From a virus (lineage: Duplodnaviria; Caudoviricetes): a DNA stretch of 64,000 nucleotides. The translations under genes were made by a program, and so were the position numbers. Shown piece by piece: positions 56,615-64,000 of the stretch. The notes under the pieces were generated by a model. The model saw only the letters and a list, made by a program, of their open reading frames with translations, was not told the DNA's origin and searched no databases. Numbering within the stretch: the stretch's first letter is position 1; every line of letters starts with the position of its first letter. Location: the IMG/VR virus record IMGVR_UViG_3300029305_003192. One strand, 5' to 3'.

Positions 56615-59266
56615 TCATGAAAGAACGATTATCTTTCCGTGCCTATTAATGAGGTGTTCGTCGGCAGATGTTGTAATGATATCTACCGGGTAGCCTTCAA
56701 AGATGTCGTTATGGGTAATGAAGAATGCTTGCTCGGCATTAATCTTCTTAAAGTACTGAGAGAAGATGAGTAATAATGAGCGACGGCTTACATTATGAAT
56801 TGGACCATCGACTTCGTCAAGTAACGGGATGTTATATTTAGAAGAGCTCTTCATCATCAGAGCAAATGATAATGCTATTGAGATAATGGCTCTTTCACCC
56901 TGGGATGCAGAAACTACATCATCGATAATACGCCCACCTTTACTATACGGAATACGGAATTCCTTATCATTGATTACGAATTCACATACCTCCACATCAG
57001 GAAGTACATTGGCGAGCATATCATTTATGTCGTCGACACAGTCATTCAGGAACGACTGTACATATATGAGTGGGATGCCGTTCTTCGGCGAAGATGCCTT
57101 GATGATGAGATTAAGTATCTTGAGTTCATTTGCTATATCGGCAAATTCTCTCTGATAATCAATAACCGTGTTGAGTTTAATAATACCAGCAGTGAGCTCG
57201 CCATCAATAGCTCTAACCTCACCCTGCAGAATAGTGAGAGTGTCCTCAAGGGATTTAATTCTGTCTTTATTACTCAATACGATACCGTGTCTGTCATCGA
57301 GCTTCTTGAGTTCCAACTGAGCGTTCTCAATATCCCGAATACTTGTCTGTATTTCATCCTTGATCTTATTGATATTCTTAAGACAGTCATAGGACCTATT
57401 GAGAGTAGCCTGGTATTCAGTGATGGATTTATTAGCTTCCTCAATATTCCTGATAGCTTCCTTATTAGAACGAATCTGCTCAACCACCGCTTTATATTCA
57501 GCCTGAATTTTCTCAACTGATACATCGAGGGTGCTATCGAGACTTCTTCTGAGTTCAATACTCTTAACTTCCGCTATTGCGAGCTTCTCACGCTTGACAC
57601 ACTTCTCAAGAGTGTCTATAATGACATCATTATCATACCATATACGAGAGGTATTCTTACTGAGAATCTTATCCACTGATGTGATAGATAGAGCCCCTAT
57701 ATTTCGAAGTTTGTTTGCAACACCGTTGAATATCTTACGACACTGCTCAATACGGTTCCATACTACTGGGTATGATGAGAGCTCATCAATTCTACTATTC
57801 AGATAGTCAATTTCATTTTGTATCTTGGTAATCTTTGTCCTCATCTCATTCTTATCCGTGGTACTCTTTATAGTATTAGGATGAGTATAGAAGAATGGAC
57901 ATGTTGAGAATATCTTACACTCCTTAGGCAATGCGAGCTCATCAGATACATCATAACTATCCACGTACTTTATATTGGCAGCTGACCTCTGGAGCTTGTA
58001 TATTTTACCCTGTATCATGTCTATCTGATGTCTAGCACCAGATACCATCTCGGAATTGCCTTTAAGAAGAGCATGAACGACATCAGGATTCTCAATAACT
58101 ACCGCATTAAGTTCAATGTCCATAACCCTAAGCTGACCAATGATTGTATTGATTTCTTCAGAGTTGTATTCACATTCGAAGCCCTCAATATCTGCTCGCA
58201 GTGATTCTATCTCTTCAAGATACTTCTTATACTCAGCCTGTAACTGAGCAATATAATCGTCATTAGCAGATGTCTGTAGCAAGTGCTCGAGTTCTATTCT
58301 TCGCTTCTCCTGCTGTTGATTATCCATATTCAATGAACTGATGAGTGCATTGTTATTCTGGATATCAGCATCAGCTTTACCGAGCTCTCTATTGATGTTA
58401 TCAAGAGTGCCATACTGCTCCAAGAGAAGGTCTATTTCAAACTGCTTGGAAGTTATCTTGTCGGTGAGAGATGATATCAGGGTGCGTAGATAATCCATAC
58501 GAGCTTCATACTCAGTTACGGTTTTGCCTTCAAGATATATTTCACTTTCCGTTCTGAGTGAGCTGAGTTCATCATTAGTAGCAGCGACTCTTCCCTCCGC
58601 AAGTTTCAACTGATTAGCGAGTTCTTCATTACGACCACGCATTATTGCGATATCATCTTCACTCACACCGTTGAGTTTACGGGCGATAAGCTGTGACTGA
58701 GCAGTCAATCCTCTAGCTCTCTCTTTCATATCCTTGTGTATAGTAAGATATGTCTCAACATCTGTCTGTCTACGAGCAATATACTCCTTACGTTCGATAG
58801 TCGGCATATCTATGACGTTAGCTACATTAGGACCGAGTCTGAGAAGTCTTGTCAAATCTGCAGAGAATCCGAGCTCCGCTTCAACTATCTCTCTGAATGA
58901 GTTCTGATTACCATTCTCATTCAACTCAACGCCGTTCTTCTCGATGAATGACTTCACGGCATGATGGTCCTTCGTCCAAGTATACTTATGGACTATTCGG
59001 TATATGTCTCCATCGTCATTATATACAATCTCCTTCTTACCATTCTCTCCCGAGATGATAATAGGATTGGAATTTCTTTCATCGAGAGTTCCCACATGTG
59101 CATAGGGTATAAGATGACTAAGTATTGTGGTCTTACCAGAACCCATTGGTCCTACCAATAGCATAATCTGGTTCTCACACTTTGTCAGGTCTATGTGTAG
59201 TTTTCGTTTACCCATACCAGTTTCGATAGCTATAAAGTTCTCAAAGAGAACTGATTCTATCTTCAT
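56615..59266 (-). CDS. sbcC: SbcC/Rad50-like SMC ATPase
   Basis: Walker A GPMGSGKT, long coiled coil with a central Cys hook (CKIFSTCPF), signature SQGE, Walker B LLDE and ITH. Confidence 0.92.
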   Translation of the reverse strand: MKIESVLFENFIAIETGMGKRKLHIDLTKCENQIMLLVGPMGSGKTTILSHLIPYAHVGTLDERNSNPIIISGENGKKEIVYNDDGDIYRIVHKYTWTKDHHAVKSFIEKNGVELNENGNQNSFREIVEAELGFSADLTRLLRLGPNVANVIDMPTIERKEYIARRQTDVETYLTIHKDMKERARGLTAQSQLIARKLNGVSEDDIAIMRGRNEELANQLKLAEGRVAATNDELSSLRTESEIYLEGKTVTEYEARMDYLRTLISSLTDKITSKQFEIDLLLEQYGTLDNINRELGKADADIQNNNALISSLNMDNQQQEKRRIELEHLLQTSANDDYIAQLQAEYKKYLEEIESLRADIEGFECEYNSEEINTIIGQLRVMDIELNAVVIENPDVVHALLKGNSEMVSGARHQIDMIQGKIYKLQRSAANIKYVDSYDVSDELALPKECKIFSTCPFFYTHPNTIKSTTDKNEMRTKITKIQNEIDYLNSRIDELSSYPVVWNRIEQCRKIFNGVANKLRNIGALSITSVDKILSKNTSRIWYDNDVIIDTLEKCVKREKLAIAEVKSIELRRSLDSTLDVSVEKIQAEYKAVVEQIRSNKEAIRNIEEANKSITEYQATLNRSYDCLKNINKIKDEIQTSIRDIENAQLELKKLDDRHGIVLSNKDRIKSLEDTLTILQGEVRAIDGELTAGIIKLNTVIDYQREFADIANELKILNLIIKASSPKNGIPLIYVQSFLNDCVDDINDMLANVLPDVEVCEFVINDKEFRIPYSKGGRIIDDVVSASQGERAIISIALSFALMMKSSSKYNIPLLDEVDGPIHNVSRRSLLLIFSQYFKKINAEQAFFITHNDIFEGYPVDIITTSADEHLINRHGKIIVLS

Positions 59267-59340
59267 TTTATCACGTCCTTTCTATGCGATGATATATATC
59301 TTCACAAAAAAGAAGGGTGGGATTATCCACCCTTCAGATA

Positions 59341-59448
59341 TCAGAATATCCACAATTCGCATGATCCGAATATATACTGAATTGTCTTGCGACTCTTTCG
59401 TAGTTGACGTAGATACCCTTTTCGACGTCGACGTCTTACTGGACGCAT
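59341..59448 (-). CDS. 35-aa Arg-rich peptide, family member 6 (not in ORF track)
   Basis: MRPVRRRRRKGYLRQLRKSRKTIQYIFGSCELWIF; AGGTG SD; N-terminus homologous to the upstream genes. Confidence 0.65.
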   Translation of the reverse strand: MRPVRRRRRKGYLRQLRKSRKTIQYIFGSCELWIF

Positions 59449-59780
59449 TGAGTTACACCTGCTTCTGATATATTTAGAACGTATTCACTGAAGTACTGTC
59501 TGTTCGATTTCAGCTTTATCAGGTTAGTATTCTTACTCAATACATGGAAGAGCATCGATACTGCAGTCATGTGAGCTTTTACGATATCTGGACACTCGTT
59601 CACATCGGTATGGAACGTTGCGTTATTATCTTTCACTGTCGAGACATACATACCCTTTGGAGTGCAGTTATCACCTGAATGTGTAGCATGTACATATGCC
59701 CGTAATTGACGGATAACCTGTTTAGTGTGACGTATACGCGTCAGTGTGCCCTTTGCCATTCTTCGTCTTCTTGGTCTCAT
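59436..59780 (-). CDS. Arg-rich-leader family protein 5
   Basis: Begins MRPRRRRMAKG; GAGGAGG SD. Confidence 0.75.
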   Translation of the reverse strand: MRPRRRRMAKGTLTRIRHTKQVIRQLRAYVHATHSGDNCTPKGMYVSTVKDNNATFHTDVNECPDIVKAHMTAVSMLFHVLSKNTNLIKLKSNRQYFSEYVLNISEAGVTQCVQ

Positions 59781-59782
59781 AA

Positions 59783-60121
59783 TTAGCCCTCCTCTATATT
59801 TTCTATACTATGCACGCGTACGTGCTCTTCGATATACTTAGAATATGGATTCGCCAACATGTGTAGTGTAGGTTCATTATTAGCAACTGCATTATCGAGT
59901 GCTTCTATTATTGATACACCTTCGATCGTGTATTTGGATTCGTCCGTGCCGTCAGAGAATATTACAGACAGTACACGATCACCATCATCTGAGTACTCCG
60001 GCATGAATGTGAAGTTGCAGCATAAATCACGAATGTGGTTTGAATACCACTCGATAAATTTACGGTTCTTACGCATAAATCGCAGATACCCTTTCTTCCT
60101 TCTTTGTCTTCTTGGTCTCAT
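59783..60121 (-). CDS. Arg-rich-leader family protein 4
   Basis: Begins MRPRRQRRKKGYLR. Confidence 0.75.
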   Translation of the reverse strand: MRPRRQRRKKGYLRFMRKNRKFIEWYSNHIRDLCCNFTFMPEYSDDGDRVLSVIFSDGTDESKYTIEGVSIIEALDNAVANNEPTLHMLANPYSKYIEEHVRVHSIENIEEG

Positions 60122-60123
60122 AA

Positions 60124-60507
60124 TTATTCCTCCTTTACAATACCGTCATAACTCTTAATTGGTCCAATAGGGTCCTTTATTCCCTCTAACCAATCTCTGC
60201 GATAGCCGTTTATTCGCTCCACCAGCTGCTCTGTCGGGTCTTTCGATTCATCTACGATAGATTTAGAATACGGCAAGTAGTAGTATGCAGGAACCGATAG
60301 TAATGACTCTTTAAACGTTTTCACAAAATGCTCAGATGTATATAGCAGTACAAACTCGCCATCTGGTGCTTTTGCATATAAATTACCGTGAATATTGGTT
60401 ACCTCCAGTGATCTTACTGGAGGTAACCCAAGACGCTTTATCACGTATGAATTCTTTCGAATGATTGTACGTACGCCCTTCTTCAGGCGTTTTCTTTTAG
60501 GTCTCAT
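60124..60507 (-). CDS. Arg-rich-leader family protein 3
   Basis: Start MRPKRKRLKKG at 60507; ATGA overlap with the upstream gene. Confidence 0.75.
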   Translation of the reverse strand: MRPKRKRLKKGVRTIIRKNSYVIKRLGLPPVRSLEVTNIHGNLYAKAPDGEFVLLYTSEHFVKTFKESLLSVPAYYYLPYSKSIVDESKDPTEQLVERINGYRRDWLEGIKDPIGPIKSYDGIVKEE

Positions 60508-60815
60508 GTATTTTCTCCTCCTGGCATTGAAACTTGATATGCCCACTTAACTGACATCTGTGGTAGTATGGGCATAATCTGTTCGGATTCTGATATATTA
60601 TTGGAACTCGGGCATGGCTCTTTCTTACATACAAATACCGTTAATTTACCGAAATTGTCTGGGTCATATGTCACAAAGTGCGTATATAGAGGGTTCATAT
60701 ACTCTTCGTGGTGATTTATATAATACTCCATTAGTGTTCGATGAATAGCCTTTTCCACACCTTTAAAATCACGTAACAACCTTCGATAACCCGGAGAGCG
60801 CCTGTAGTGCCTCAT
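60504..60815 (-). CDS. Arg-rich-leader family protein 2
   Basis: Begins MRHYRRSPGYRR. Confidence 0.75.
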   Translation of the reverse strand: MRHYRRSPGYRRLLRDFKGVEKAIHRTLMEYYINHHEEYMNPLYTHFVTYDPDNFGKLTVFVCKKEPCPSSNNISESEQIMPILPQMSVKWAYQVSMPGGENT

Positions 60816-60819
60816 GAAT

Positions 60820-61110
60820 TTACCTCCTTCTTTTCCGCACGTAGTTTCTCAGAGATAATAATTGAGGGTCATTAGATTTTATACATATCATCCTCTTATC
60901 GATTTTATCGCTATTGAAGTATATAGTGCGGAGCCAGATGTTACCAGTAGATATATTGGAAGATACTCGGTGTCTAAATATCCAATTATCGTACTCTTCG
61001 GGATAATACTGAAGCAGATACGATATCATATGTCTATGATCTATCTTCTCTACTTTACGTGCGATTTTTATATTCCGCCTTGAGCCCGGGGAACGTCGGT
61101 AGTGTCTCAT
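60820..61110 (-). CDS. Arg-rich-leader family protein 1
   Basis: Begins MRHYRRSPGSRR. Confidence 0.75.
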   Translation of the reverse strand: MRHYRRSPGSRRNIKIARKVEKIDHRHMISYLLQYYPEEYDNWIFRHRVSSNISTGNIWLRTIYFNSDKIDKRMICIKSNDPQLLSLRNYVRKRRR

Positions 61111-61124
61111 ATAACAATCCCTCC

Positions 61125-61883
61125 TTAGGGTATATTGAACGAATCTTCACTAGATACGATAATCTTGCCTGCACCATCAATAGTAGATGCACCATCAGTG
61201 GTTTCGGTCACGATAGGATTCTGCATGTCAATAGGTAAGTGGTTTATTTCTCTCTGAATCTCTGGAGCAGTGAGAGATTTACCTACAGGGTTCTCTGGAT
61301 CGAGCTCGTAGAGGATAATGGAATATCCCAGCTTGAGTGCCTGACAACCTCTATCCATAAGCAGGAATGAGATATTACCATCTTCACTTCTCATTACAGA
61401 GGAGAAGTTAAAGAATGCGTTTCTATCACTGAAACCATCCTTAACTTCTTCGATAGATACATGCTTGGCATGAAATGCCTGCTTGAGAGCACGCTTGAGG
61501 ATATTATCCTTTGTAGTAATCTCTGGAATAGTAAGCTTTGTGCTCTCGTTGTATACGTGCTGGATATTCTTCTTATCCTTAAGAACCACCAGCATGTTAC
61601 CCGGCTCCATGTTAGATACATGTGTTTTGATGAGATAGTCAGCACGCTCATCTGGGTCTGGATGAACGAATTCATGGAATCCGTCACTGTCCACGTAAAT
61701 ACCCGGCTCAATTGATGACTTCTTTATCTTACCACGGTAGAGGAAGAACACATCGTCATCTCCGTAATCTTCTCTGAAGATATACGCTTTACCATACTCA
61801 GGGACTGTACGATCTTTATCATACAGCTCCATATCATAGACTCCTGTGTTGGTAACGATAATATTTTTGCTTGTTTCACTCAT
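61125..61883 (-). CDS. Hypothetical protein (252 aa)
   Basis: AAGGAG SD; in operon with the helicase. Confidence 0.75.
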   Translation of the reverse strand: MSETSKNIIVTNTGVYDMELYDKDRTVPEYGKAYIFREDYGDDDVFFLYRGKIKKSSIEPGIYVDSDGFHEFVHPDPDERADYLIKTHVSNMEPGNMLVVLKDKKNIQHVYNESTKLTIPEITTKDNILKRALKQAFHAKHVSIEEVKDGFSDRNAFFNFSSVMRSEDGNISFLLMDRGCQALKLGYSIILYELDPENPVGKSLTAPEIQREINHLPIDMQNPIVTETTDGASTIDGAGKIIVSSEDSFNIP

Positions 61884-61900
61884 GATTAGTATCTCCTTTG

Positions 61901-62527
61901 TTATTTTGATGCAAATGGGTTTCTATTTGGCATAGGTGTACTTGTACCCGGATTATATGCAGGATGCATGGGAGAGTCAGTCCATCTAGCCATAAGCATG
62001 TAGAGCATCAACTCTCGACTGAAGTCGAAGTTGGTAATTATATGAGAAAGTGATAGTAACTCATCAACTGTCAGGCATGCATAATTGTCAGTCTCGTTAA
62101 TGACTATGATGACTCCCTCATAACGCTTCAGGTCGTCGCGCTCTACAACCACGGGACGAATTTCCAGAAAGCTATGAGTATATTTTCCGGAGTATGCCGA
62201 GGTCTTCAGGTCATTGTAGTCGTTATTGAAGTACAACTGCCCTGTATCGGATTTGACGAAGAGGTCCTTCTTTTTCTCATCGAAGAACCACTCCAGGGCA
62301 GTACCTAATGCATTGATAAGCTGGACGTGATGGTCCCAACCAATAGTGAACTTTGCACGATTTATTGCAATTTCAAGCTTAACTGACGATGGAATAGTAG
62401 TACATTTCCACTCAGAGTTGTCTGATGGGTTAAACCACGTTCTATCGGTAAATCCTATATTAGCCGCCTTAGATCGGACTACAAAGTCTCCGAACTTTAC
62501 AAGCAGGCGTTCATATAACTGCATCAT
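61901..62527 (-). CDS. Hypothetical protein (208 aa)
   Basis: Coupled to the helicase stop codon. Confidence 0.75.
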   Translation of the reverse strand: MMQLYERLLVKFGDFVVRSKAANIGFTDRTWFNPSDNSEWKCTTIPSSVKLEIAINRAKFTIGWDHHVQLINALGTALEWFFDEKKKDLFVKSDTGQLYFNNDYNDLKTSAYSGKYTHSFLEIRPVVVERDDLKRYEGVIIVINETDNYACLTVDELLSLSHIITNFDFSRELMLYMLMARWTDSPMHPAYNPGTSTPMPNRNPFASK

Positions 62528-64000
62528 TCCACCTCCTTATCATCCATCTTCAATACGAACATGTCTTTTACTTTAGAGCCTTTAAGGTAGTTAGCCACTC
62601 TATTCATTTTTGCCTGACAGTAGGTAAATCCTATGTCATATAGCATCCAGACAAATGAATTCAGACCTTCTATAGGACGACATCGTCCAGCTACCTGGTT
62701 TGTGTTTACCATATCAATCGGGACTGTCGATATGACATATCTAATCTCCGGGTCAACCACATCAACGCCGATTCCAAATGAGCCATAGATAGATACGATT
62801 ACGTCTGATAGCAGCGTAGCCTCTTTTTCATCATCGTCCACCTTACTATGAAATCTACCTACAGTAAAGATATCTTTATATCTTTCTGCTAGATAGGATG
62901 TGAGGCTATCGGTATGGTCAATGGTGTATAATAATATCAGTATCTTATAATGAACTCCGTCTGGATTTGCATGAAGTATCTGGTCGATGATTCGGCAGAT
63001 ATACATTGTGGTCAGCCCTTTATTCCATTGGTATTTAGCATACTCAGTGTGTGACCAGTTATACTTCCCACCTTGTATCTGCATAAGGTCTCCAGCCTTT
63101 GGATTACTGTCATATGTCACAAATGTCGCAATAATATGTCTGAGCTTATTGATTTCGTCATCATTGAGACGAAGCATCGGAACATTGTAGAATACATCAG
63201 TGAATGCACGAGATGCATTCAAGTTACCCCTAGTAGCATCTGCCGATAGATATAGAGTATGGGCTATATTTGTAGTAGCATTGAGCTTAACCGTAGAGCC
63301 CAGATTTAAATGAGCTTCATCAATTATCTTCAACCCTATACCGATATCATCAATCAGAGAACTGAATTCATACCATGAATTAGATTTAGCAAACGATGAT
63401 ATGGTTGCAGGAGTTGCTAGGAAGAAGTCATAATCATCATATCTCAACTTTCCATTTATCAGCTTCTTAATAACGTCTGAACCGCTAAGATGTAGCACCC
63501 TGCTACTACCAGCGGTTGATATTTTATCAATGGTCTTTTCCCACTGCTGGAGTATCTTAAGGCTCTTACATACAACCAAGGTCTTAGTCCTTAGATGTAA
63601 GCTAAACGACACTCCGAGAAATGTCTTCCCGAACGCAGTGGGCACATTCAGGAAGACCTCACGTGATTTATTTCCTATAAGTCTCGTCATGATGTCTACC
63701 TGGTTATCACGTAACTTTACTGTATCCTTCAAGCGACTCTCCATATTCGAGCGTCTGAAAGGATGCATCCTGATAACCTTGTAATTTGGAAACCACGCTT
63801 TTAATTTGCTCAGTGATACGTAATGGGAGAGGAAGCAACAGTCTTTCTCTATCGGAAATCCCGTGGTGAAATTCCTCTTATGATATACATTATCATAGTA
63901 CGAGCAAATGTTTTCAAGTTCGGGACACTGTCCTTTGATATACGGATATATAGCAATACCGTTCTGATATACCAGTATGGTATTGTGATTGTCAAAGTTA
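62524..64000 (-). CDS. Superfamily 2 (UvsW-like) helicase, N-terminus beyond the window
   Basis: LRDNQ, PTAFGKT, IIDEAH, LSA and QVAGRCR motifs. The frame stays open from 63768 to the window edge. Confidence 0.9.
   Translation of the reverse strand, partial: NFDNHNTILVYQNGIAIYPYIKGQCPELENICSYYDNVYHKRNFTTGFPIEKDCCFLSHYVSLSKLKAWFPNYKVIRMHPFRRSNMESRLKDTVKLRDNQVDIMTRLIGNKSREVFLNVPTAFGKTFLGVSFSLHLRTKTLVVCKSLKILQQWEKTIDKISTAGSSRVLHLSGSDVIKKLINGKLRYDDYDFFLATPATISSFAKSNSWYEFSSLIDDIGIGLKIIDEAHLNLGSTVKLNATTNIAHTLYLSADATRGNLNASRAFTDVFYNVPMLRLNDDEINKLRHIIATFVTYDSNPKAGDLMQIQGGKYNWSHTEYAKYQWNKGLTTMYICRIIDQILHANPDGVHYKILILLYTIDHTDSLTSYLAERYKDIFTVGRFHSKVDDDEKEATLLSDVIVSIYGSFGIGVDVVDPEIRYVISTVPIDMVNTNQVAGRCRPIEGLNSFVWMLYDIGFTYCQAKMNRVANYLKGSKVKDMFVLKMDDKEVE

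Noticed and set aside
1-64000. CRISPR array, tRNA genes, integrase/transposase, chimallin or PhuZ
   Set aside because: No regularly spaced direct repeats, cloverleafs or recognisable motifs seen. Nucleus formation cannot be inferred from this window.
1-64000. Stop-codon reassignment (alternative genetic code)
   Set aside because: Core genes (terminase, polB halves, portal, TMP, SbcC) are intact in the standard code and coding density is high.

Overview
The window is a 64-kb segment of a jumbo myophage genome of the phiKZ/AR9(PBS1) type. The host is probably a Firmicute, judging from the strong GGAGG Shine-Dalgarno sites, a sigmaA-type promoter, a Clostridium-type Tad1 and a SpoIIID-like HTH gene. 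Core genes: GroEL-like chaperonin (truncated at the left edge), family-B DNA polymerase split into two distant genes, prohead protease, probable major capsid protein, terminase large subunit, 3396-aa tape-measure/lytic protein, RusA, portal, tail tube and sheath, a probable RNAP beta' C-terminal fragment, SbcC/Rad50 and an SF2 helicase (truncated at the right edge). Two phage promoter classes are readable: a late motif (A/G)AC(A/C)-N6-TAA like that of AR9, and an early-type motif CGTAATTT-N14-TATATATCAT that drives single-gene cassettes inserted among the virion genes. Anti-defence genes include Tad1 and an AcrIII-1 (DUF1874) ring nuclease. The most unusual items are: (i) a ~640-nt ORF-free, ornately structured RNA at 29.3-29.95 kb; (ii) a ~200-nt kissing-loop RNA with an exposed anti-SD loop at 5.75-5.96 kb; (iii) a duplicated pseudoknot plus start-codon hairpin leader, with compensatory changes, shared by acrIII-1 and an unknown 95-aa gene; (iv) a tandem array of six small genes sharing an Arg-rich N-terminal module. 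All calls come from motif recognition by eye; no searches or folding programs were run.
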